Assembly (NCBI GenBank): GCA_964475985.1
Contig: CAYYYP010000009.1
Location: 14,662 to 78,661 of the forward strand
Direction of reading: 5' to 3'
Length of the DNA stretch: 64,000 bases
Source of the DNA: an uncultured Oligoflexia bacterium
GTDB lineage: Bacteria > Bdellovibrionota > UBA1018 > CAYHWW01
How positions within the stretch are numbered: position 1 is the stretch's first letter; the number at the start of each line of letters is the position of its first letter. Under the pieces are notes generated by a model. It saw nothing but the letters and a program-made list of their open reading frames with translations, was not told the DNA's origin and searched no databases. The position numbers were made by a program, and so were the translations under genes. This document shows positions 50,672-60,598 of the stretch, one piece after another.

Positions 50672-52328
50672 AACTCATTGCCCTTTCCGTCATGGCGGTG
50701 ATGGTGAGACTTGGATTAACGCCAAGATTAGCGGGGATGGCCGATCCATCGCAGACCCTAAAGTTCTCGTAGTGAAACAAGCGGTGCTGAGGATCGATCA
50801 CTCCAACCTCAGCCGATCCACCGATGACGCAGCCACCTAAAATATGGGCCGTGGTGGGGATTTCTAAACTTATTTCATTAATAGCGCTTTGGGGAATGCC
50901 GTTTACTTTTTCGGCGTACCTTCTAGCCACTTCATTTCCGACGGGAATATATGCTGGCGGGGCGATATTTTTTTCCACTGCCTCCTTCGCATTCATTTCC
51001 GTCGTCATCCGCCTACGAAAAAGCGTTGACCAGTCGCGGCCTAAAACAAAATTCATTTTATTGTCTAAACTCTGCATCACGAGGAAAATTACCGTATTCT
51101 TTGCCCAATCCCGCGTCGTCATCAGGCGCAACAAATCCAACGGATTTTTAAGGAAAGCAGCGATTATTTTCGCGAACCGAAACAGCCAGAACTGCGAAGT
51201 ACCATCGGGGCTGCCATCTACCATCGGTACGGCAAGGAGCCGCATGAAAGATGAGCCTTTGGGATATCGCACGGGCTCAATGAAAGTATGGGGGTCGGCC
51301 TGAAATCCTGAACTTATGGCGATGCCGTTGGAACAGTCCATACCTGGTTTTCGCAAAGTGACCCCGACCAGGGCCTCGCTGTTGGTGCGCACATACTGGC
51401 CCAGTTTTGCCGAAATTCGCGGCATAGAAGCGATTTTTTGTTTCATTCGCAAAAGCAGGTTTACGGAGCCTAAAACCCCGGCCGAAAGCACGACGGACTT
51501 CGCGTAAAAAGTATAACGGCGTCTGATTGGCCAAAAATCGGTAATTTTTTGGGCGACAATTTTATAACCATTTTTGCCCGTCGCACGAACATCAGCTTCA
51601 CCCGCGTCGTTCAGGGGCCAAATTTCTGAAACCTCAAGCTCGGGTTTAATTTCCGCTCCGTGCTTTTGGGCAAAAAATAAATAGTTTTTATCTAGAGTGT
51701 TTTTTGCTCCAAAACGACAACCTACCATACAACCACCACAATGATTGCACCCCGTGCGCGGTGGTCCGGCTCCCCCAAAATATGGATCGGGTACCAGTTG
51801 CCCTTCCTTACCGGGAGCACCAAAATAAATTCCCACCGGAACGCTAGTAAACGTTTCTTCTTTACCCATATCGCTTGCACAATGTTTAAGAGTGGCGTCG
51901 ACTTCGGTCATGTAAGGGTTCACCGTCACGCCCAGCATTCGTTTTGCGGTGGCGTAATGCTCGGCAAGTTCTTTTTTCCACGCCGCAAGTTGGTTCCATA
52001 CGGGCGAAGCATAAAAAGCATCCCCAGGTTCTAGGAGAGTATTGGCGTAAACGAGACTTCCCCCTCCGACACCCGAACCGCTTAAAATCAAAACATTACG
52101 AAAAAGCGTCATCGCCTGAATGCCAAAACACCTCAGCAACGGCATCCAAAGGTATCGAAAAACATTCCAATTGCTCTTAGGAAAATCCTTAGCCTCAAGC
52201 TTCTTACCCCGCTCAAGCACAAGAACGCTGTAGCCCTTCTCCGCCAAACGCAACGCAGAGACGCTTCCTCCGAACCCAGACCCAATAATGACAAAGTCTG
52301 CGTCATACTTCGTAATTCGATCACCCAT
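50637..52328 (-). CDS. GMC-family FAD-dependent oxidoreductase (cholesterol oxidase/choline dehydrogenase-like)
   Basis: N-terminal FAD motif DFVIIGSGFGGSVSALRLAEKG and the GMC C-terminal region. Confidence 0.88.
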   Translation of the reverse strand: MGDRITKYDADFVIIGSGFGGSVSALRLAEKGYSVLVLERGKKLEAKDFPKSNWNVFRYLWMPLLRCFGIQAMTLFRNVLILSGSGVGGGSLVYANTLLEPGDAFYASPVWNQLAAWKKELAEHYATAKRMLGVTVNPYMTEVDATLKHCASDMGKEETFTSVPVGIYFGAPGKEGQLVPDPYFGGAGPPRTGCNHCGGCMVGCRFGAKNTLDKNYLFFAQKHGAEIKPELEVSEIWPLNDAGEADVRATGKNGYKIVAQKITDFWPIRRRYTFYAKSVVLSAGVLGSVNLLLRMKQKIASMPRISAKLGQYVRTNSEALVGVTLRKPGMDCSNGIAISSGFQADPHTFIEPVRYPKGSSFMRLLAVPMVDGSPDGTSQFWLFRFAKIIAAFLKNPLDLLRLMTTRDWAKNTVIFLVMQSLDNKMNFVLGRDWSTLFRRRMTTEMNAKEAVEKNIAPPAYIPVGNEVARRYAEKVNGIPQSAINEISLEIPTTAHILGGCVIGGSAEVGVIDPQHRLFHYENFRVCDGSAIPANLGVNPSLTITAMTERAMSFIPKKSSEKVG

Positions 52329-52682
52329 GCTTTAAATTCTGCACGATCGCTACACCGTAGAGCAAGACGCAAAACAAACTATAGCAGGAGCCTCGCCCCA
52401 CCAGAAAATATACCTATAGGGACCCGCGCGCCACGGAAGTTCTGGGCAGTAGCCCAGAACTCGGGCCATGCTAAAGCATGGTCACGGAGCTGGAAGCGTA
52501 GTGAACGGGCGAAGCCCCGAAGGGGCGCGCGTTGAAGGCACGACGCCTGTACCCCTTCGGCTGGGTATTCCGACTGCCGAGTAGTTACAGTTCAGAAAGG
52601 ACACGGACAAGCGCTTAGAGTACGACCGCAAATGATGCACGGAAGATCTTTATGAGATTCATTTGGTATTGGCGTTCCACAA

Positions 52683-52723
52683 ATAAAAAAGGCCCGCACC
52701 GACCGTTAAGTCAGTGCGGGCCC
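52683..52723 (-). terminator. Rho-independent terminator of the EF-G gene
   Basis: On the minus strand the sequence reads gggcccgcac...gtgcgggcc followed by ttttttatttg. Confidence 0.85.
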
Positions 52724-52736
52724 AAGTTATAGTGAT

Positions 52737-54848
52737 CTACTTATTTTCTTTAGCGCGCTTCTCTTGGTAAGCTTTCACCATTTCTTCTTGGACGTTCCTT
52801 GGTACCGGAGCGTACTTCAAAAATTCCATCGTGAATTCGCCTTTACCTTGGGTTGCGGAGCGAAGGTCAGTTGAGTAACCAAACATTTCCGTTAGAGGAA
52901 CTTCCGATTCAATCACACAATAATTTTCTTGAGTGCTTGAACCTAGGATCATCCCACGGCGCTGATTGATGCCCCCCATGACTGAACCTTGAAACTCTTC
53001 TGGAGCTTGAACTTCAAGTTTCATGATGGGTTCAAGAACCGTAGGAGCTGCGTTGGGGTAGCTTTCCCGGAAAGCGGCCATGGCGCATATTTTAAACGCC
53101 ATTTCTGAGGAGTCCACGTCATGGTAGGAGCCGTCCGTCAAAACTGCCCTTACGCCAACCACTGGAAACCCGATGAGAGTTCCAGTTCTGACTTGATCTT
53201 GGAAACCTTTGTCCACGGCAGGAATATATTCACGAGGAATGGATCCGCCGAAAACTTCGTTCACAAACTCATAGGTATTGACCGCATCCGCTGGCAACGG
53301 CTCGATGTAACCAACCACTTTAGCGAACTGACCAGAACCACCGGTTTGTTTCTTGTGGGTGTAGTTGAAGTCAGCGCGACGGCTAATGGTTTCTCTAAAG
53401 GCAACCTGAGGTTTACCCACCACAACTTCCGTAGCGTATTCCCGACGAATTCGTTCACAATAGATTTCTAAGTGAAGTTCACCCATGCCGCTAATGATGG
53501 TCTGGGCACTTTCTTCGTCACGATGAACACGGAAAGTTGGATCTTCCTTGGAAAAACGATTCAGGGCCTTAGCAAAATTCGCTTGCCCTGCTTTATCCTT
53601 AGGCGTGATGGAGAGAGAAATCACCGCATTAGGAATGAACATAGAGCTCATGGTGTAATGAACTTTTTCGTCGGTGAAAGTATCCCCAGAAGAACACTCC
53701 ACGCCGAACATGGCCACGATGTCTCCGGCCACGGCAAAGTCAATTTCGTCCATTTCGCTAGCATGCATGCGCACAACCCTAGGAATCCGCACACGACGCT
53801 TCAAATTCACGTTGTAAATGAAATCGCCTTTACGAACGGTGCCCTGATAAATTCGCATGTAAGTGAGCTGGCCGTATTTTCCGTCCTCAAGCTTAAACGC
53901 AAGGCCAACGAAAGGTTCTTTATCACTGCTCTTCAGAACAACCTTCTCTTCGTTGTTGTCTTGATCGTGGGCAATGTTTTCTTTTTGCGTTGGATCAGGC
54001 AGGTAGGCCGTCACGCCGTTCAGAAGATGCTGAACACCTTTGTTCTTAAAGGCGGAGCCGACAAACACGGGAGTGAATGCAAGCGAAAGTGTAGCCTTTC
54101 TAATGATAGGTGCCATCTCCGCCGCTGAAACATCCTGACCTTCAAGATATTTCTCCATGATTTTTTCATCAAACTCAGCCAAAGCTTCCACCAATGAAAG
54201 ACGGTACTTTTTACAGTCTTCAAGAATGTCAGCTGGGATTTCTTCAATGCGAATATTTTCACCGTTATCACCGTCGAAATAAAGGGCTTCCATTTTCACT
54301 AAATCAACTAAGCCTTTGAACTGATCTTCAGCGCCAATGGGATAGGTTACCAAATGCGCATTATGGCCTAGTTTTTCGCGAAGCTGTTGAACCCCACGGA
54401 ACGGGTTAGCGCCCGCGCGATCCATTTTGTTCACAAAACAAAGGCGAGGAACTTTATAACGCTTCATTTGGCGGTCAACGGTGATGGATTGTGATTGCAC
54501 GCCGGCAACGGAACAAAGCACTAAAATAGCACCGTCAAGCACTCGCAGAGAACGTTCCACTTCAATGGTGAAGTCCACGTGGCCAGGAGTATCAATGATA
54601 TTGACGTTATAATCGCCCCACATGACGTACGTGGCGGCAGACTGAATGGTGATCACTTTTTCTCGCTCCAGATCCATGAAGTCCATGGTAGCGCCCACAC
54701 CACTTTTGCCTTTCACTTCTTCAATTTTGTGAATGCGGTCCGTGTAAAATAGAATACGCTCGGTAAGGGTAGTTTTACCTGAGTCGATGTGCGCCGAAAT
54801 ACCGATATTACGCACCTTATCTATGGGAACTTGTTTTTGAGAGGCCAT
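52737..54848 (-). CDS. fusA: Elongation factor G (translational GTPase), possibly an EF-G2-type paralog
   Basis: G-domain motifs [14 protein letters not shown] and NKMD across all five EF-G domains. It is not in a str operon (orn lies upstream). Confidence 0.88.
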   Translation of the reverse strand: MASQKQVPIDKVRNIGISAHIDSGKTTLTERILFYTDRIHKIEEVKGKSGVGATMDFMDLEREKVITIQSAATYVMWGDYNVNIIDTPGHVDFTIEVERSLRVLDGAILVLCSVAGVQSQSITVDRQMKRYKVPRLCFVNKMDRAGANPFRGVQQLREKLGHNAHLVTYPIGAEDQFKGLVDLVKMEALYFDGDNGENIRIEEIPADILEDCKKYRLSLVEALAEFDEKIMEKYLEGQDVSAAEMAPIIRKATLSLAFTPVFVGSAFKNKGVQHLLNGVTAYLPDPTQKENIAHDQDNNEEKVVLKSSDKEPFVGLAFKLEDGKYGQLTYMRIYQGTVRKGDFIYNVNLKRRVRIPRVVRMHASEMDEIDFAVAGDIVAMFGVECSSGDTFTDEKVHYTMSSMFIPNAVISLSITPKDKAGQANFAKALNRFSKEDPTFRVHRDEESAQTIISGMGELHLEIYCERIRREYATEVVVGKPQVAFRETISRRADFNYTHKKQTGGSGQFAKVVGYIEPLPADAVNTYEFVNEVFGGSIPREYIPAVDKGFQDQVRTGTLIGFPVVGVRAVLTDGSYHDVDSSEMAFKICAMAAFRESYPNAAPTVLEPIMKLEVQAPEEFQGSVMGGINQRRGMILGSSTQENYCVIESEVPLTEMFGYSTDLRSATQGKGEFTMEFLKYAPVPRNVQEEMVKAYQEKRAKENK

Positions 54849-55007
54849 GGCCGAAGGATCCTTTCTCTAAAGAGAGACAATAAAAGACTGCTTGAGTTTT
54901 AAGATCTTCCTTCATTACTTGATTTGAAGACCAAAAAAAACAGCTTTTTTCGTGGGTTATTATAAATTGAAACTATTTATGGCGGGAAAAACATATGTGG
55001 CTTTGGC

Positions 55008-55613
55008 TTAACCAGGCACCTGAATGTATTTAAGGTAAAAAGCCAACTCCGCGATGGAAGCCTTAACATCATCAAGGGCCCGATGCCGATCATCGTTCTT
55101 AGGAAACTCCACACCGAATCTGGAACGAAAGACCTGTTTGAACGATGAAACATCAATAATACGATAGTGTAGGCGCTTTGCAAGTTTTTGCATATAGGCC
55201 AATAAAAAGCGCTGGTCGTTACCTACAGAATTACCGCAGAGCACAATACGTTCATCGGCCGGAAAATGGCGCTCAATCAGCTCTAAAAGCTCGGACTCCA
55301 CCTGGGCTTCTGGAAAAGAGACTGGCGGACCCTGCAGCACTTTTGCAGTAAGGCCCGTGGCACCGTGGGTTTTGGTGCACCATTCGTCCATGGCGTCCAA
55401 AGCGGCATGGGGCTGCTGCACTACGCGGTGATAGGTTTCCAATTCATTCAAATGCAAATCTGTCACGATGACGGCGACCTCGATAATGCGACAGGTCTTC
55501 TCGTCAAGGCCCGTCATCTCGAGATCAATCCAAAACATTTTAGACATCTTTTCTTTTTTATCTGTCGAGTTTTTCTTATCGTTGTTAGTCATGAGTAGGG
55601 TCCTATTCTGCAT
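55008..55613 (-). CDS. orn: Oligoribonuclease
   Basis: DEDDh exonuclease motif (FWIDLEMTGLD). The start is probably the internal MSKM. Confidence 0.88.
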   Translation of the reverse strand: MQNRTLLMTNNDKKNSTDKKEKMSKMFWIDLEMTGLDEKTCRIIEVAVIVTDLHLNELETYHRVVQQPHAALDAMDEWCTKTHGATGLTAKVLQGPPVSFPEAQVESELLELIERHFPADERIVLCGNSVGNDQRFLLAYMQKLAKRLHYRIIDVSSFKQVFRSRFGVEFPKNDDRHRALDDVKASIAELAFYLKYIQVPG

Positions 55614-55648
55614 CCATTCTGGCCCATCGCCAAGGAGGTTTTTGATTC

Positions 55649-56431
55649 ATGCTCGCACTCATCTCTGGAGCTACTAGCGGAATTGGCGAAGCCTGCGCTA
55701 AGTTGCTCGCCAAAAACGGGATTGATTTATTTTTGATCGGGCGCCGATCCCCGGAATTAAAAAATCTCTCGGCCAGCCTGAAAGACGTTGGTGTGCAGGT
55801 CTTTGCGGAAAGTTGCGATTTGCGGGATCGGGAGAAGATCCAAGCGATATTCAAAACCCACGCAGGAATTTTTGATTCCCACTTGGGCTTTTTGATTAAC
55901 AATGCGGGCTTGGCAAAAGGTATGAGTTATTTCCAGGACGTGAATCCAAACGATCACAAGAATTTTGATGAAATGATTGATGTCAATTTTAAAAGTTTAG
56001 TATTTATGACCGGCCAAGCCTTGCCCTATCTTATTAAGCAAAAGGCGCTGGCGCATATCGTAAATATTGGATCGGTGGCGGGACATTACACTTACCCCAA
56101 AGGAAATGTTTATTGCGCGACCAAGGCGGCCGTGAGGGTATTTAACGAAGCCTTGCGACAGGATCTCAACGGAACCGGGGTGAGGGTAACGAGCATTGAT
56201 CCAGGCATGGTCGAGACGGCTTTTAGTCAGACTCGTTTTGAAGGTGATCAAACCAAGGCAAAAGCCGTCTATTCTGGGATGACACCGCTACATGCAATGG
56301 ATATCGCAGAAGCTGTACTGTGGTCTCTGAATCGACCCGCCCATGTCAATATTCAGGAGATGATCATTTACCCCACCGATCAGGCGAGCCCGGCATTGGT
56401 GAATCGAAGAGAGCCGAAATCCCTGATCTAA
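55649..56431 (+). CDS. Short-chain dehydrogenase/reductase (SDR) family oxidoreductase
   Basis: N-terminal ISGATSGIG and the catalytic YCATKAA (YxxxK) motif. Confidence 0.9.
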   Translation: MLALISGATSGIGEACAKLLAKNGIDLFLIGRRSPELKNLSASLKDVGVQVFAESCDLRDREKIQAIFKTHAGIFDSHLGFLINNAGLAKGMSYFQDVNPNDHKNFDEMIDVNFKSLVFMTGQALPYLIKQKALAHIVNIGSVAGHYTYPKGNVYCATKAAVRVFNEALRQDLNGTGVRVTSIDPGMVETAFSQTRFEGDQTKAKAVYSGMTPLHAMDIAEAVLWSLNRPAHVNIQEMIIYPTDQASPALVNRREPKSLI

Positions 56432-56563
56432 AAAAACCGCGGCGCCTCCGTTTCCTGTCAGATCCTTAGCGGGTGTCAAAAAATGACACACTAAGTAAGC
56501 AGACCTAGGTCCCACCTCCGTTTCAACCCTCTGTTTTATATATATAAATTATTTATAGAGACC

Positions 56564-56579
56564 TGGCACCCGGCTTGCT
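56564..56579 (+). promoter_or_regulatory. Sigma-54 (-24/-12) promoter
   Basis: cTGGCACccggcTTGCt matches TGGCAC-N5-TTGC exactly, ~35 bp upstream of the 56613 start codon and preceded by an AT-rich tract (tatatataaatta). Confidence 0.6.
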
Positions 56580-56612
56580 CCTCCTAAGCCTGAAGGATGG
56601 AGGGGTTAGCAT

Positions 56613-57845
56613 ATGGGATCTCATTCAAGCACCCGTAGGGGTTACACACAAAATTTAAGGTTTGGTTTTTTGCTCTTAGTTTCGATTTCTATTTTTAGCG
56701 TCATGTCAGGGGGCTGCGCCAATGACAACGGAAAAGGAAACTCTGCCGTCGCGGGAACCAACAGCACGGCGGCAAGCAGCTCGCTATCTACGGAGCTTAG
56801 TTTATCGCCAAATTCCCAAACGGTTACCGTAAGCAGCCGAGTTCCCTTCACCGCAAGTGGCGGCGTTCCACCTTACACTTACCGAGTGCTTTCGGGTGGC
56901 GGCGACATTACTACGGCTGGCGTTTACACCGCGCCGTCTTCTTCCTCCAGCGTGCAAGTAGGCGTATTTGATTCCTATGGCACCTGGGCCTACGCAACCC
57001 TTACGGTTTCAAGCGCGGCACCGACCTCTCAAGATTTAACTTTAAGCCCCGCTTCGCAAACCGTGAATCCTAGCGCTTCTTTCCAAGTGACAGCTTCCGG
57101 CGGAACCTTACCGTACACCTACTACGCCATTTCTGGCGGGGCCGTACTGACAAACGCCACTAATGGAACCTTTACTGCGCCTTCCAGCGCTTCGTCTGTT
57201 CAAGTTGCCGTACAAGACGGCACGGGATTACGGGCCTATGCCTGGATTACGGTCTCAGGAGCAAGCACTCCGTTACTCCTAACGCCTGCGAGTCCGAGCA
57301 TTGTTGGTGGTACAACGACCAGGTTTACGGCCTCGGGCGGAACTGGGACTTACAACTCATATTTCGTTTATTCCGGTGGCGGAACCATTAGCCCAACTGG
57401 TGAGTACACGTCTGTATCATCACTTTCGACATACACCGTTCGGGTGGGCGTGCAAGATTCCGGTGGTAACACTACTTATGCCTCCGTAACCGTAACGCCT
57501 AATGTCACCTGCTCCGGAAATTACACCATTTACCAATACTCATCGAGCACCTCTTGGACCGGCACCATGAATATCACTCAGTATGCTAGCGGTTATTTCA
57601 CAGGAACCATGTACTTTGCAGGGCAAGGTTTAGGATACGGGTCCACTGCGATCTCAGGTAACTGTTATACCAATGGAACAATCGCATTTACCCGGGTAGG
57701 TCCTTTTGGTGCCAGTGGCGGACGAACCTACCCTACTCAGACCTTCACCGGGAACTTCTACAGCACCACGGGATCGCAAGTAGCCATGTATGGAAGTTTC
57801 ACAGCACTAGATCAGACTTTAAATTGGTATGCAGTTCCTAGATAA
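56613..57845 (+). CDS. Tandem-repeat lipoprotein or secreted protein
   Basis: Signal sequence plus Cys (SVMSGGCAN). Four ~70-aa repeats of the form LSPxSQTV...FTASGGxxPYTY...SGGG...YTAPSSxSSVQV...AYAxxTV, followed by a Tyr/Thr/Gly-rich C-terminal domain. Confidence 0.7.
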   Translation: MGSHSSTRRGYTQNLRFGFLLLVSISIFSVMSGGCANDNGKGNSAVAGTNSTAASSSLSTELSLSPNSQTVTVSSRVPFTASGGVPPYTYRVLSGGGDITTAGVYTAPSSSSSVQVGVFDSYGTWAYATLTVSSAAPTSQDLTLSPASQTVNPSASFQVTASGGTLPYTYYAISGGAVLTNATNGTFTAPSSASSVQVAVQDGTGLRAYAWITVSGASTPLLLTPASPSIVGGTTTRFTASGGTGTYNSYFVYSGGGTISPTGEYTSVSSLSTYTVRVGVQDSGGNTTYASVTVTPNVTCSGNYTIYQYSSSTSWTGTMNITQYASGYFTGTMYFAGQGLGYGSTAISGNCYTNGTIAFTRVGPFGASGGRTYPTQTFTGNFYSTTGSQVAMYGSFTALDQTLNWYAVPR

Positions 57846-58160
57846 TATAAACACCGCGTGGAGTGTAAATTTGACACGGGCGTACAAATTTTACGCAGTC
57901 AAAGTGACCCCACGCGGTTAAAGAATTGAAACCAGATACCTAGCGCAGGCCAGAGAAAAACGAAAAATCACCGGATAAGTAAGCACTTAAAACTAAGAAA
58001 AACTTTATAAATTTTGAACAGTTATTACAAAGGGAAGGAGACGATAATCCGAAAAAAAAATCCAAGAAAACGCCGTTTGGTTTGCTGCGTTACTTTTGGT
58101 TCAAAACTTGCTATTTAGCTCAGTAAGTTTAGTCGCTTTTTTGGAGGACAACGGAACACT

Positions 58161-58424
58161 ATGAAAAACCTACATATGATTACTAAGGTTAAGGATGTCA
58201 AAGGATTCACGATGCTGGTTGAGTTTGACAATGAGCACGTTCGGGCCGTCGACCTCACTAAACTTATTACCCAACGCACCACCTATCGGCGTCTTAAGGA
58301 CCCCTCCTTTTTTAAGCAGTTCCAAATCGCCAACGGCGGAATTGCCTGGTCCCGGGATCTGCATATCACCGGTCCGACCTTGTACCACATGGGCGATGAC
58401 ACGGATCAGCAAAGCCTAAACTAA
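58161..58424 (+). CDS. Small DUF2442-like protein
   Basis: 87 aa. The VEFDNEHVRAVDLTKL pattern resembles DUF2442-type small proteins. It follows a 315-bp non-coding gap. Confidence 0.4.
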   Translation: MKNLHMITKVKDVKGFTMLVEFDNEHVRAVDLTKLITQRTTYRRLKDPSFFKQFQIANGGIAWSRDLHITGPTLYHMGDDTDQQSLN

Positions 58425-58433
58425 AGTTATTAC

Positions 58434-58468
58434 AAAAAGGCCGCTCAAATTTCTGAGGGGCCTTTTTT
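58434..58468. terminator. Bidirectional Rho-independent terminator
   Basis: aaaaaggccgctcaaatttctgaggggccttttttat between convergent genes. Confidence 0.75.
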
Positions 58469-59284
58469 ATTGAAGAATAAGTCCACCCTGCCTTTTAAGG
58501 CCGGAACCCCAATTTTCGAATAATCATCAAATGCTTCAAACTGCATGTCGCGACCAAACAAATCTTGGAGAGCGGCCCTTCTTTTCAGAAATGAAGCTTC
58601 ATCCACCTTGCGAACCATCGCATCATCGGCGTGGGAAAAAGATTTTAACTTTTCTTGAATCTGTTCAACGCTTCCTAAATAGGAATGATGCCATCCCCAA
58701 TAGTTCTTAGATACCTTTCGGCTCTTTCGGTTTCGCAGGATGTGAGGTGAAAAACTTTCATCCCAACCGTAGCCCGCGCGAAATATCACCGGCAAACTCC
58801 AGTCCCTTGCGCTCCGGGGCGCGGCGATCCATGTGTTTAAATGATAATAAGTGCAGTAATACTTGGGATGGATGTAATTGCGCCAAATTCTGAGAGGCGA
58901 AGAAAAGTACCGAAAAATTTCGGCCTTCGCTTCGGGCAGAAGAAACTCATCAAAATCCTGCACCAAAACCAAGTCGCTTTTCTCCACCAGTCGATTCATT
59001 TTCAAGAATTGAAAAGCGGCATCTCGCTCAAAGGCGTCCCGCTTTTCAAAGGATTCTCCCTTGAGCACCCGTAGATCCACGGGCAGAAAAATCACCCTTT
59101 TTTGTAAATCGGCGGGCAGAGAATCCAAAAGCGCAGGAACCTTAAACGGCCGATGCACCTTCTCCGAATGAGAATCCTCGGCCTCTGCGATCACCAGTAA
59201 ATCGGCGTAAGTGAGGGTATTTTGAACTCGCTCAAGAAAGAAATGGTCTTCATTCCAAAAGTGCGTCGTTTCGATGAACCTCAT
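58445..59284 (-). CDS. Hypothetical protein
   Basis: 279 aa with no recognisable motif, sitting one base upstream of dedA. Confidence 0.5.
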   Translation of the reverse strand: MRFIETTHFWNEDHFFLERVQNTLTYADLLVIAEAEDSHSEKVHRPFKVPALLDSLPADLQKRVIFLPVDLRVLKGESFEKRDAFERDAAFQFLKMNRLVEKSDLVLVQDFDEFLLPEAKAEIFRYFSSPLRIWRNYIHPKYYCTYYHLNTWIAAPRSARDWSLPVIFRAGYGWDESFSPHILRNRKSRKVSKNYWGWHHSYLGSVEQIQEKLKSFSHADDAMVRKVDEASFLKRRAALQDLFGRDMQFEAFDDYSKIGVPALKGRVDLFFNKKGPSEI

Positions 59285-59285
59285 T

Positions 59286-59936
59286 TCACTTCCTTACGAG
59301 CAGCCTCTTTTTAATGGCGACTACAGCTACGTAACACACGCCTAAAGCAACGATGCCAAGAATGATGGCATGGAGTTTCATCTTTAGTGCAGCAACCATG
59401 GCCTCGGGAGAATCAAGCAGTTCAGGTTGGGCGCCAATCACATTTTTACCAAAATACGCTAAAATCACGCACCAAATGAATGATCCCAGGATAGTAGCTG
59501 CAGAAAAAGAGCGAAAATTCATTCCTAAAATACCGGCCGGGATCGAGATCAAATGGCGAACCACCGGCAAAAGCCTAGCCCAGAAAATTCCGAATACGGA
59601 ATACTGAGCAACCCACTTCGAAGCTAAGACTAACTTTTCTTCGCCAAGGAAAAAATAACGCCCATAACGACGTACAAAAGGAAGGCCCAACCACTTAGCC
59701 ACGTAATAAGTAATGGCCGCCCCCAAATAACTGCCTAGGGTAGCCGCAAAAATCACTCCCCAGAAATCAAGTTTTCCCTGAGCCGCCCAGAATGCGGCCG
59801 GAGGCACCACAATTTCTGAGGGCACAGGGAAAATGGAACTTTCCATCGCCATAAGTAAAACAACGCCTGCGTAACCGCCGTCGCGAACCAACTCGAACCA
59901 AAACTTCATCAACTCGTGTAAACTAGAGCTCAACAT
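59286..59936 (-). CDS. DedA-family (SNARE-associated) membrane protein
   Basis: DedA/TVP38 pattern (LMAMESSIFPVPSEIVVPPAAF...) across several TM segments. Confidence 0.82.
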   Translation of the reverse strand: MLSSSLHELMKFWFELVRDGGYAGVVLLMAMESSIFPVPSEIVVPPAAFWAAQGKLDFWGVIFAATLGSYLGAAITYYVAKWLGLPFVRRYGRYFFLGEEKLVLASKWVAQYSVFGIFWARLLPVVRHLISIPAGILGMNFRSFSAATILGSFIWCVILAYFGKNVIGAQPELLDSPEAMVAALKMKLHAIILGIVALGVCYVAVVAIKKRLLVRK

Positions 59937-59966
59937 GAAGGCTAAGGTTCCAGAGGCGGCATCGTT

Positions 59967-60434
59967 TTACCAGACTTTTTTCAAGCACTGGCCTTTCCCA
60001 TCCCAGGCGCCGCACTTCCCGGAGCTACCTTCATCGTTATAGGAATCATCCATAGGTTTTTTCGCGAAGTACTCCTTATTTTTCCATGAACCATCATCAT
60101 AATTTTCCTCCTGGTAATAGTTATGTTGAGCCACGGTAGTGTAATGAGTGTTGGTGAAACCAAAACCGAAGAACGGGATCTGAGCAACGATGGAAAGACT
60201 GGGGGCTGGGTGAGAGGTTGTAACGGTCCTCGTGGTTGTAGTCGTGACTTCATATGCATTGGCGTGGGGCGCCAATACGCTAAAGGTAATTCCGAGAAAA
60301 CCTCCGCCTAAAGTCACAAGTAAAAGTTTTTGAATTGTAGTTTTTATTTTTTGGATTTTCATACGAACAGATCTCCTTATGGAAACCACCAATAAGCGAG
60401 AGACGTGCCAGCTTGGTTTGAATTGCCACCTCAA
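59967..60434 (-). CDS. Small secreted hypothetical protein
   Basis: Signal-like segment LLLVTLGGGFLGITFSVLAPHANA, then a Thr-rich stretch (TTTTTRTVTT) and a Tyr/Asp-rich C-terminus. The true start is probably an internal Met. Confidence 0.45.
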   Translation of the reverse strand: MRWQFKPSWHVSRLLVVSIRRSVRMKIQKIKTTIQKLLLVTLGGGFLGITFSVLAPHANAYEVTTTTTRTVTTSHPAPSLSIVAQIPFFGFGFTNTHYTTVAQHNYYQEENYDDGSWKNKEYFAKKPMDDSYNDEGSSGKCGAWDGKGQCLKKVW

Positions 60435-60598
60435 AATTTCGCTTTGATTTCCAGCATGAGGGTCGTGAAATCATATCTTTTAGAAGTCAAAGTTGACGCG
60501 CCTGCCAAATTTGGCAGACTTCTTTCTGGACAAAAGAAGCAGCTTCTATGAAAACGGCACTGAATAAAGCCGCCAGCAGTGGAGCGTAAAACGAGTTC

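Noticed and set aside
52372-52680. Tested whether the GC-rich structured intergenic region is tmRNA, RNase P RNA, SRP RNA or a known riboswitch
   Set aside because: There is no GGAAAGUCCGGGC (RNase P), no UUCGACGGG or tag-peptide reading frame with a tRNA-like 3' end (tmRNA), no SRP domain IV motif, and no B12, TPP or GEMM signatures on either strand. I kept it only as an unclassified candidate.
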